NCBI GenBank assembly: GCA_039028615.1 | Contig: JBCCHT010000001.1 | Coordinates: 512,001 to 576,000, forward strand | Length of the DNA: 64,000 bases | Origin: Myxococcota bacterium | GTDB lineage: Bacteria; Myxococcota_A; Polyangia; Nannocystales; Nannocystaceae | Direction of reading: 5' to 3' | In this document: one piece after another, positions 33,103-41,171 of the stretch | How the letters are laid out: the number at the start of each line of letters is the position of its first letter | Position numbering within the stretch: the stretch's first letter is position 1 | Translations under genes and position numbers: made by a program | The notes under the pieces: model-generated | What the model saw: only the letters and a program-made list of their open reading frames with translations | Told to the model about the DNA's origin: nothing | Databases searched by the model: none

Positions 33103-33585
33103 GTGCCGTGGTCCTTCGAGCGTCATCGCCCCGAACGAGGTGCTCGCGGTGTCGTCGTCGGTAGCGTCTGTTGTAGCTCGTGCTGTTGCTGCTGCTGCTG
33201 CGTGCACACGGTGGCCGGCATCGTCGGGAGCGTGCAGGGCTCGGTCAAAGCGATCAAATCCCAGAGCGACCCCGAGGCGATCGCAGGCGCCGAACGACTG
33301 GTCACCACCTACTGGGTCATCGCCGGCGCGATCGCGTGGCTGGTCGTCATCCTGGGCATGCTGACCGGGCAGCTCATCGCGGGCTTGATCGCGGTCGCCT
33401 TCGTCGGCCCGCTGCTCCAGCTGCTCGTGTCTCTGCTCTGCTTGCCCATGGCGCAGAGTCAACCGCTCGCTCGCCGGGCCGGAGCCATGGCCGCGCTCAA
33501 GCGAATGACCCTGGGTGGCTTGCTCGGGCTCGCGATCGGCATTGCCTTCGGTGGCTTCACCATCGTCGTGTTCATGGGCCTTTAG
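33103..33585 (+). CDS. Putative membrane-embedded TOMM precursor/substrate with poly-Cys motif
   Basis: 160 aa: MPWSFERHRPERGARGVVVGSV-CCSSCCCCCCC-VHT..., then about 3-4 hydrophobic helices. First gene of the YcaO operon. Start inferred. Confidence 0.65.
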   Translation: MPWSFERHRPERGARGVVVGSVCCSSCCCCCCCVHTVAGIVGSVQGSVKAIKSQSDPEAIAGAERLVTTYWVIAGAIAWLVVILGMLTGQLIAGLIAVAFVGPLLQLLVSLLCLPMAQSQPLARRAGAMAALKRMTLGGLLGLAIGIAFGGFTIVVFMGL

Positions 33586-33588
33586 CTG

Positions 33589-34209
33589 ATGGGCAAGTCA
33601 CCGCTTCGCCGTCGCCTCGCCGTAGGCTCCGCCCTGCTCTTCGCCGGCCTGTGCGTCTACGCCTGGTACCGGGGCACGGTCCCCGACGACACCTGGCGCG
33701 AGCCCTCCTCCGCCGACGAGCGCGTCCGCTGCCAGCTCGTCGAGTCCCCGGTCGGCACTCCCGTGCGCTGCGTGGCCTTCGTCGACCTGCCCTCCGCCGC
33801 GCTCATCGAGGCGGTCCGCGACTACGAGTCCTTCCCCGAGATCTTCGATGGTCCCTGGGGCTCCGTGGTGCTGACCAGCATCCAGTCCAAGCCCCCCGAT
33901 CGTGTACACCTCGACGGTCGCGTCGAGGTCCTGGGCGCGCACTGGCCCATCGACATGCACATCGACCACGAGACCACCGACGAAGGATTCGTGGCCGGCT
34001 GGGATGCCCATGACGACGAGGGTCGGGTCAATCGCGGGCGCTGGGTGGTCACCGCCAAGGGAGACGCGACCGCCATCGTCGCCTACGAGCTCGAAGTGCA
34101 AGCGCCGTGGAGTCCCACCTTCTTGGTCAACGACGTGCTGCTGACGCGCATGAAAGACCCGCTGCGGCGGATCATCGAGCACGCGCACGCCGAGCACGAC
34201 GGCGCATGA
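33589..34209 (+). CDS. Membrane-anchored SRPBCC/polyketide cyclase-like (START-fold) protein
   Basis: N-terminal TM, 'VRDYESFPEIF', 'NRGRWVV' and 'VAYELEVQ..W.P.FLVN'. Starts 3 nt after the precursor stop. Confidence 0.7.
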   Translation: MGKSPLRRRLAVGSALLFAGLCVYAWYRGTVPDDTWREPSSADERVRCQLVESPVGTPVRCVAFVDLPSAALIEAVRDYESFPEIFDGPWGSVVLTSIQSKPPDRVHLDGRVEVLGAHWPIDMHIDHETTDEGFVAGWDAHDDEGRVNRGRWVVTAKGDATAIVAYELEVQAPWSPTFLVNDVLLTRMKDPLRRIIEHAHAEHDGA

Positions 34210-35015
34210 GCGAGACCACCCTCGTCCCCGTCGCACCGCTCACCGTGGTGCCACAGCCGGGCTGCGTGCGCGTCTTGGCCGGCGAGGACCTGCGCTTCAC
34301 GGTGCGCGGCGAAGGACTCGAGACTTGGTTGCCCGCAGTCTTGGCCGCCCTCGGGCCAGGGGTGTCGGGCACCGAAGCCTCCGCGCATGCTCCCCTCGCT
34401 CAGCGCAACGATGCGCTCGAGATCCTCGCCCGCCTCACCACCGAGCGACTGCTCGTCGAGCAAGCGAGCTCGAAGCCGACCGCCGCCCTCACCGTCGAGG
34501 TCGTCGGTGAGGGGCCCTTGGCGTCGCGCCTGCGCGATCAGCTGCCCGCTCCCGATACGGGCGCTTCGGGTGCCCCCCGGCTGTCCCTCATCGTTCAGAG
34601 CACGCTCGACTACCGCTGGGCCCGCGAGGCTGATCTGCGGGCCGCCTCCGAGGGTCACTGGCGGCTGTGGGTCAGCGATGGCGCGGCGGCCCGCGGCTGG
34701 GTGGGGCCGGTGATGCGCCCCGAAGGCGGCCCCTGCCTCGACTGTCTGCTCACCGCGTTCGAGCGCCTCTCCCCCGAGCCCGAGCTGTGGCGAGCGCTGC
34801 TGGAACACCCGGGCCCCTTCGCCACCTCCACCGTGCCCGAGGCCGCGCGCGACATCCTGTGCCGCATCACCGCCTGGAAGCTCTCGGGGGCGACCGAGTC
34901 CGACGTTCCGGCCGCGGTCCATCGCCTGCACGTGCTCGAGCTGGCGACCTTCGAGGTGAACAGTCACGTCGTGCCGGTCGATCCCGATTGCCCCCGGGAG
35001 CACGCCGCCACATGA
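34206..35015 (+). CDS. TOMM cyclodehydratase scaffold (RRE plus E1/ThiF-like C protein)
   Basis: ATGA overlap. N-terminal RRE-like region ending LARLTTERLL, V.VVGEG, WVGP...PEGGPCLDC and C-terminal PVDPDCP. Confidence 0.8.
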   Translation: MSETTLVPVAPLTVVPQPGCVRVLAGEDLRFTVRGEGLETWLPAVLAALGPGVSGTEASAHAPLAQRNDALEILARLTTERLLVEQASSKPTAALTVEVVGEGPLASRLRDQLPAPDTGASGAPRLSLIVQSTLDYRWAREADLRAASEGHWRLWVSDGAAARGWVGPVMRPEGGPCLDCLLTAFERLSPEPELWRALLEHPGPFATSTVPEAARDILCRITAWKLSGATESDVPAAVHRLHVLELATFEVNSHVVPVDPDCPREHAAT

Positions 35016-36232
35016 GCCGAGCGCTCGAGGCATGGCTGTGCAACCCCTTCACCGGGGCGCTGGTGGCCGAGGGCGAGGTCCCGCGACGCCCCCACGATCC
35101 CGACGTGTTCGTGCATGCGGCCACCGTCGCCCCGCGCGGGCCCCAGCGGCAGGCGCTGGTCGTCGGTGGGGCCGGCTTCACCCCCGAAGCGGCTCGGGGC
35201 GCCGCCCTCGGCGAGGCGATCGAGCGCTTCGAGAGCTGGCCACGACCGAGCGACGGAGCCCTAGCCCGACCGCCCCAAGGCGAGCCCGCCTGGGGCCCCG
35301 ACGATTTCGTGCTGTTTTCGGCGCAGCAGTACGCGGCCGATGGTTTTCCTTTTGCGCCGCCCGACGAAGCCTCGCTGTCGCCCTACGTGTGCGCGCGAAG
35401 GATCGACGACGGCCACCCCGTGTGGATCCCTCAGGCCTTCGTCTACCTCGATGCCCCCGGCGGACACCACGTCGCGCCGATGAGTTCGACCGGCCTTTCC
35501 GCGGGGCCACCGGGACACCCCACCGTGTTGCGCGGCCTCCAAGAAGTCATCGAACGGGACGCGCTGGTGCGGGCGTGGTGGGGCGAGTACGGCATCGAGC
35601 GCTGGGATCCCGAGCTCGTATGGGAGCAGCTCGGTCCCGAGCTCGCTGCCATCGCCCGGCGTCCGAACCTGCGCTACGCCTTCCACCGCATTCGCACGCC
35701 CTACTGCGCGCACGCCTGCGTGGTCACGCTGGTCGGCGAAACGCTCGAGGGCGACTGCCTCAGCGTGGGCTCGGCGTGTCGCGCGACCCGTCGGGAGAGC
35801 CTGACCAAGGCGTTGCTCGAGGCCATCCAGGGGCGGCACTACGTGCGCTATCGAATCTCGCAGGACGACCCCTGGTCGGAGGTCCCCGTGAGCTTCGAAG
35901 AGCACGCGTGCTGGTACAGCCGCTGGCCGGAGCGTTGGGCCGACACCGCGTTCGCGCGTGCCGATGCCGCCTGCGATCCCGACGCGGCCCAGCGCACCGA
36001 TGACCTCGCCGCGCTGCTGGGCGCCCTCGGGCCCGACCACCCCGCCGTCGTGCGCATCGTGACCCCGCCCATCGTGGCCCGCCTCGCCCCGGGGTGGCGC
36101 GTGCTCAAGGTCGTCGTGTCCGGCCTGGTGCCGCTGCACGGCGATCACCGCATGGCCCACCTGGGTGCCGCTCGGTGGCGCAACCGGCCCTTCGAACAAT
36201 GGTTGGCGTATCCACCCCACCCCTTTGCATGA
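35012..36232 (+). CDS. YcaO-family azoline-forming cyclodehydratase (D protein)
   Basis: ATGA overlap. GGAG...ALGEAIER, SSTGLSAG, GLQEVIERDA, KALLEA and Pro-rich C-terminus YPPHPFA. Confidence 0.92.
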   Translation: MSRALEAWLCNPFTGALVAEGEVPRRPHDPDVFVHAATVAPRGPQRQALVVGGAGFTPEAARGAALGEAIERFESWPRPSDGALARPPQGEPAWGPDDFVLFSAQQYAADGFPFAPPDEASLSPYVCARRIDDGHPVWIPQAFVYLDAPGGHHVAPMSSTGLSAGPPGHPTVLRGLQEVIERDALVRAWWGEYGIERWDPELVWEQLGPELAAIARRPNLRYAFHRIRTPYCAHACVVTLVGETLEGDCLSVGSACRATRRESLTKALLEAIQGRHYVRYRISQDDPWSEVPVSFEEHACWYSRWPERWADTAFARADAACDPDAAQRTDDLAALLGALGPDHPAVVRIVTPPIVARLAPGWRVLKVVVSGLVPLHGDHRMAHLGAARWRNRPFEQWLAYPPHPFA

Positions 36233-36245
36233 GCGATGATATGGC

Positions 36246-36977
36246 ATGAGCGTGAAGCGTCCGCGACTTCGCCCGCTGCTGCCCGAGCTCGACCCCACGA
36301 GCTTCCCCGCGTTTCGCGATCGCATCCTCGAAGCCGAAGCCGACGCTCCGAGCCACGCGGTGCGTCGCTATCCCGGCTTCCCGCGCGTCGAGCTGCCGCG
36401 CCCCCGGCATCGCCGGTTGCCTCGCTTCGACGACGTCGTCACCCGACGGCGGACCTGCCGAGCCTTCGAGCCCCGGCTTCCCGACGCGAAAGCCCTTTCG
36501 GCATGGCTGGAGCTCGGCCATGGCGTCACGGGTCCCGATGGTCGGGGACCCACGCCATCGGCCGGCAACCTCCAGGCGGTTCAGCTCGTGCTCGTGCCGC
36601 TGTGTTCCGGTTGGCTCGGCGCCGGGGCCTACCACTACGACCGGGGGCAACACGGGCTCGCACGGATCGGTGACGGAGCCCCCGACTGGAACGAAGTGGT
36701 GCCGTCGCTGAGCCAAGCTCCGGGCGCGCCGTTGCTGGTCGTCATCGCCGGAGAAGAGACCGCGGTCGCGCACAAGTACGGTGAACGCGGGCTGCGGTTC
36801 TTGTTGCTGGAAGCGGGCCAGGTCCTGCAGTCGCTGGGGATGGCCGCGGCTGCTGGAGGCCTCGCCGTGACTCCGATGGGCGGGTTCTTCGAAGGCCAGG
36901 TGCACGCACATACCGGACTGGGCGCGGACGACCTCGTGCTGGCGACCGCCGTGGCGGGGATCCCCGCTCGGCCGTGA
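36246..36977 (+). CDS. SagB/McbC-type FMN-dependent azoline dehydrogenase
   Basis: RRRTCRAF, PSAGNL, GAYHYD, KYGERGLRFLLLEAG (Lys-Tyr catalytic motif) and GGFFE. Confidence 0.9.
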   Translation: MSVKRPRLRPLLPELDPTSFPAFRDRILEAEADAPSHAVRRYPGFPRVELPRPRHRRLPRFDDVVTRRRTCRAFEPRLPDAKALSAWLELGHGVTGPDGRGPTPSAGNLQAVQLVLVPLCSGWLGAGAYHYDRGQHGLARIGDGAPDWNEVVPSLSQAPGAPLLVVIAGEETAVAHKYGERGLRFLLLEAGQVLQSLGMAAAAGGLAVTPMGGFFEGQVHAHTGLGADDLVLATAVAGIPARP

Positions 36978-37061
36978 CTCTATTGAACATCGCCTCCACG
37001 TCGTGCCCAAGCGCGCGCTCACCATGGCGCCTGCACATCGCGGTGCTAGAGTCCTCGATCG

Positions 37062-38075
37062 ATGCCCGCCTGGGTGCCAGCGCTCTCGCTCGCGTTGCTC
37101 AGTGCACCGTCTGTGGATGAGGCTCGGCTTCGGGTCACCATCGAAGGCGAGCCCGGCTGCATCGACTCCGAGCGGGTGGTCGAGGCTGCGATCGAGCGCT
37201 TCGACGACCAGCGTTGGCAGCCGGTGCAAATGCAGGTCTGGCTCGACGAGGCGCCCAACGGAGGTCACGCCGCGCGCTATCGGCTCGAGTCGGCGGCGGC
37301 GGTAGGGCGCGGGCAGGTCGTCACCACCGATTGCGCCACGCTCACGGCCGTATTGGCCATCAAGCTGGGTCTGGCCGCCGTGCCGGGTCGAGCCCTCGAT
37401 CTTCGTCCGGGGCCCCATCCGCTGGAGGGCACCTGGGAACCCGCGGCGACCGAGAGTGCAGTCGCGGCCTCGGACACCGAGCGACCGCTCGACGCCCCAC
37501 CCACGGAAGCACCGACCTCGATGGCCAGGCCCCGCCTCCCCCAAATTCGGCTGGGGTCCGGCGCGGGCGTCATGCTCGGTGGCCTCGGCCCAGCCAGCGG
37601 TCGTTTCGAGCTCGGGGCCGCCCTCGCCGAGCAGCCCTGGGTCGTGGAGCTGTACGGCACGATGGCCGTGGCCCCGACGACCCGACTCGATGACGCGATC
37701 ACCCGGCGTCTCCGCTCGTACGGTGCCGGCCTTCGAGGTTGTGCTGCCGCTCGCTGGCGCCGCCTCGAAATTCCCGCGTGCCTCGGGATGGAGGCCGCCA
37801 CTGTCCGCATCGACGTCGCCGGTCTCCCGCAGGGCGGCGTGGGGCACGAGCCGTGGGTCGTCGCGGCGGCGCACGTCCGCCCGCAGGTCGCCATCACGCG
37901 GCGCGTCGGACTGTGGCTCGCGACCATGGCCGGCGTCTCACTGCGGCGCCCCGCCTTTTCCGTGACCGGACTCGGCACCGTCTTCCGCAGTGATTCCATA
38001 CTGTTGACGGCCACGGCGGGAATTTCGATCGCAATCGCCGGGCCCACGACGGATCCACGGGGTTCCGTACAGTAG
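37062..38075 (+). CDS. Secreted/outer-membrane hypothetical protein co-operonic with ECF sigma
   Basis: Signal peptide, a Cys pair and a C-terminal amphipathic beta-strand region. TAGAGT box upstream; stop overlaps the sigma start. Confidence 0.6.
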   Translation: MPAWVPALSLALLSAPSVDEARLRVTIEGEPGCIDSERVVEAAIERFDDQRWQPVQMQVWLDEAPNGGHAARYRLESAAAVGRGQVVTTDCATLTAVLAIKLGLAAVPGRALDLRPGPHPLEGTWEPAATESAVAASDTERPLDAPPTEAPTSMARPRLPQIRLGSGAGVMLGGLGPASGRFELGAALAEQPWVVELYGTMAVAPTTRLDDAITRRLRSYGAGLRGCAAARWRRLEIPACLGMEAATVRIDVAGLPQGGVGHEPWVVAAAHVRPQVAITRRVGLWLATMAGVSLRRPAFSVTGLGTVFRSDSILLTATAGISIAIAGPTTDPRGSVQ

Positions 38076-38602
38076 TGAAGCTGGTGGCCCAGGCTGCACC
38101 CAGTGAGCGCTTCGATGCGCTGTTCCGTGAACACCGTGGCTTCGTGTTTCGCTCCCTGCGGCACCTGGGGAGCCCGCCCGAGGCCACCGAAGACCTGACC
38201 CAGGAGGTCTTCATCACCCTGTATCGGCGCTCGTCGGACTTCGACGCGTCTCGTTCTGCTCGCGCGTGGCTGTTCACCACCGCTCGCAACGTGCTGGCCA
38301 ACTACCGTCGGGTGAGCGCCCGGGCCCAGCGCAAGCTGAAGGCGCTCGCCGATGCTCCGAACGAGCCCACGCGGACCTTCGATCCCCAGCGGCTCGAGAC
38401 GGCGCGGACGGTGGAGCAGCTGCTCCTGCAAATGGACGAGCCCAAGCGACTGGTCCTGCTGCTGGCCGACGCCGAAGGCCTCACCGGGCCCGAGCTCGCC
38501 GCCGCCCTCGACATCCCCCTCAACACTGCCTACTCGCGCCTGCGCTCCGCTCGGTCGGAGTTCGAGCGCCTCGTAGCCCCCCTGGATGGGTCGACGCCAT
38601 GA
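38075..38602 (+). CDS. ECF RNA polymerase sigma factor
   Basis: EDLTQEVF, RAWLFTTARN and ELAAALDIPLNTAYSRL (regions 2 and 4). Confidence 0.93.
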   Translation: MKLVAQAAPSERFDALFREHRGFVFRSLRHLGSPPEATEDLTQEVFITLYRRSSDFDASRSARAWLFTTARNVLANYRRVSARAQRKLKALADAPNEPTRTFDPQRLETARTVEQLLLQMDEPKRLVLLLADAEGLTGPELAAALDIPLNTAYSRLRSARSEFERLVAPLDGSTP

Positions 38603-39342
38603 CCACGCCACCTCCGCTCAGCGAACACGCGCGGGATCGACTCGCCTCCGTCCGGGAGCTCCGCGAGCCGATCGTCGACATCGAGCAGAGCCTCGCCGCG
38701 GTCCACGAGCGCATCGGCACCCAGACCCCGCCTCCCGGAGGCACCGCGGGCTCGGGTGGTGCGCTGAAGCTGGCGGGAGGATTGGCCGCATCGGTGGTGG
38801 TCGGCGCGGCCACGTGGATGTTGCTGTCGAGCGCACAACCTCAGACGCAGCCGCCCGCGGATCCGGTCGCCGTCACGCAGCCCCCGGAGAGCGTCGAGCC
38901 CGAGCCTCCCCATGCCCTCGCCGCGGCCCCTACCCCCGCCCCCGCTGCGGCCAAAGAGCCATCGACCACCACCACCGTCATCGAAGCCTCTGCTCCACCG
39001 AGCACTTCCGAGACGAAACCTGCTGCCCCTCGACGCACCGCCCGGCGTCGTCGGGTTCAGGCCCCGTCCGGCGAAGATGCCCTGACGGCGGAGCTCCGCC
39101 TCATCGATCGCGCCCGCGGCCAGCTCCGTGCCCGTCGCTTCGATGCGGCCATCCGCAGCCTCGAGCGCCACGCACGGACCTTCCCGTACGGACAGCTCGT
39201 CGACGAACGCAACGTCATGCTCGTCGAGGCCCTGTGTGGAGACGGCCAAACCGAGCGCGCCCGCAGCAAGGCTCAGGCCTTCCTCGCCGCTGCCCCGGGC
39301 TCTCCCTTCGCGCCGCGGCTTCGAGACTCCTGCGCACACTAG
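38599..39342 (+). CDS. Putative anti-sigma factor (TM, Pro-rich linker, TPR-like C-terminus)
   Basis: ATGA overlap with the sigma gene; L.AEL.LI..AR...H...FP.GQL..ER...ALC motif. Confidence 0.75.
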   Translation: MTTPPPLSEHARDRLASVRELREPIVDIEQSLAAVHERIGTQTPPPGGTAGSGGALKLAGGLAASVVVGAATWMLLSSAQPQTQPPADPVAVTQPPESVEPEPPHALAAAPTPAPAAAKEPSTTTTVIEASAPPSTSETKPAAPRRTARRRRVQAPSGEDALTAELRLIDRARGQLRARRFDAAIRSLERHARTFPYGQLVDERNVMLVEALCGDGQTERARSKAQAFLAAAPGSPFAPRLRDSCAH

Positions 39343-39373
39343 TGCTGCGCCGCACACCGACCCGACGGATTCG

Positions 39374-40513
39374 ATGACGCTCGTACAGCCCTTGGTGATG
39401 ACTGAACGACGCCCCCGCGCTCATCTCCTCGCCCCCGTGCTGCTGGCCATCGGTAGCTACGGATCGGCATGCAACACGCCGCCCGAGAACGTGGGCTCGA
39501 TCCACGAGACCGAGGACCCGCCCGCGACGACCGGCGACGCGAGCATGTGCGGGACCGACTGCGAGACCTCGAGCATCCCCGACATCCCCGCCGACACCAG
39601 CGACATCGACCCCACCGCCGGCTGCGAGAAGGTCGATTTCCTGTTCGTGGTGGATACCTCGGGCTCCATGGACGAGGAACAGCTCAACCTCGAGGCGAGC
39701 GTGCCGGGGTTCCTCGCTCAGATCGAGCAGAGCGTCGCCACCGACTACCGCATCATGGTCATCGACCACGACGCGGGGCCGGACTACTGCGAGATCATCA
39801 ACGACGGCACCGACGACTGCACCCCGTGGTGCGAGAGCGAATGCCCCCTGGGCTGTGACTGCTGGTGCGGCCTGGGCATCGATTTCGAGAACCTGCCCCC
39901 CGAGGCGGCCTGCGCCGTCCCAGACATCGACGAGTGTGCACTGGTCCTGGGTAGCGGCATCACGGCCGACACCTACGGTCACTCCTGTGGACTCGAGGGT
40001 GGAAATCGCTACATCGATCAAGACCACCCATCGCTCGCCAGCACCTTCGGCTGCCTGACCCAGATCTCGCTCGCGGGTCACGACGCGGAGACTCCCGTCG
40101 CCGCGCTCATCGCCGCCTTGGGGCCACAGGAGCAGGTGGGCGGCTGCAACGAGGGGTTCTTGCGCGACGACGCTCTGCTCGTGGTCACCCTGATCACCGA
40201 CGAGGACGACCAGGAGTCGGTGGGCAGCCCCGAGCAGTGGAGAGACACGCTGTTGGCCCTCAAGTCCGGCGACGACCCCGAAGGCGGCAGTCGGGCCGAG
40301 GATCGCGTCGCGCTGCTGTCGATCATCGCCGATGGCGGCCAGCCCGGCTCGAGCTGCGACCCTGCCCAGAGCGCCGCACGCCTGCAGGCCTTCACCGACG
40401 CGATGCACCACGGCACCGTGGGCTCGGTGTGCGCGAGCGACTACGGGCCGTTCTTCGCCCAAGCCATCGACGTGGTCGACACCGCGTGCTCCGAGTTCGT
40501 GCCGGTGGGCTGA
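39374..40513 (+). CDS. VWA-domain lipoprotein
   Basis: KVDFLFVVDTSGSM (MIDAS), GFLRDDALLVVTLITDEDD and SVC..DY..FF. Start is 39374 or 39398. Confidence 0.8.
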   Translation: MTLVQPLVMTERRPRAHLLAPVLLAIGSYGSACNTPPENVGSIHETEDPPATTGDASMCGTDCETSSIPDIPADTSDIDPTAGCEKVDFLFVVDTSGSMDEEQLNLEASVPGFLAQIEQSVATDYRIMVIDHDAGPDYCEIINDGTDDCTPWCESECPLGCDCWCGLGIDFENLPPEAACAVPDIDECALVLGSGITADTYGHSCGLEGGNRYIDQDHPSLASTFGCLTQISLAGHDAETPVAALIAALGPQEQVGGCNEGFLRDDALLVVTLITDEDDQESVGSPEQWRDTLLALKSGDDPEGGSRAEDRVALLSIIADGGQPGSSCDPAQSAARLQAFTDAMHHGTVGSVCASDYGPFFAQAIDVVDTACSEFVPVG

Positions 40514-40520
40514 GGCCCTT

Positions 40521-41060
40521 TCACTGGCGGGGCGTAGGCTCTGGAGACTCGGGTCGCACGCGCTTCAACGCCTTCTGCACTTCCTGCACGTAGCGGCCCT
40601 CGGGCGCCAGCTCCAAGTAGCGCTCGTAGGGACCGATGGCCTGCTCACGCTCGCCGGCGATCTCCCGCAGGAGCCCGATGGTCAGCCAGCAGCCGGCCGT
40701 GCTCGAGTCGACCGCCACGCACCGTTCGGCGGCCTCCATCGAGCCGTCGACGTCTTCCAGCTCCAGAAGCACCTGCGAGTAGATGAGCCAACCACTCGCG
40801 TTGTCGGGGTTGGCGGAGACGAAGGCGCTCAGCTCGGGCGCCAGCGGTTCGAGCCGCTCACGCTGACTCATGGCCTCCCCGTAGCGCCGCTCGAGGTCGT
40901 CGATTTGCGCTTCGGGTGACGGCTCGGCCTGCTCGACCTGCTCGGCTGCGGCGGCCGGCTCCGGCGGGGCCGTCGGCTCGGCGGGTGACCGCGCACAACC
41001 CATCGCCAGCGCGGCCACGAGAACCATCCATCGGTTTGAACCAGGCCGAGCGACATCCAC
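40521..41060 (-). CDS. TPR-repeat lipoprotein
   Basis: Lipobox LAMGC and TPR-like YERYLELAPEG. Start uncertain (41060 or 41027). Confidence 0.7.
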   Translation of the reverse strand: MDVARPGSNRWMVLVAALAMGCARSPAEPTAPPEPAAAAEQVEQAEPSPEAQIDDLERRYGEAMSQRERLEPLAPELSAFVSANPDNASGWLIYSQVLLELEDVDGSMEAAERCVAVDSSTAGCWLTIGLLREIAGEREQAIGPYERYLELAPEGRYVQEVQKALKRVRPESPEPTPRQ

Positions 41061-41171
41061 GGGACGATACGTAGCAGCCCGCAGCGTCGAATCAAGTGCG
41101 CCACGCCTCACCGCGGCGCCCGACTGGGCACGGGGACGTCGGCCCGATGGCCCTTCGACCACCCGCGATCG

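Noticed and set aside
33181..33201. (TGC)n run as a microsatellite, or a poly-Gln ORF on the minus strand (33123..33308)
   Set aside because: The run is interrupted by TGT at synonymous positions of the Cys frame, and the plus-strand frame is operonic with the YcaO genes.
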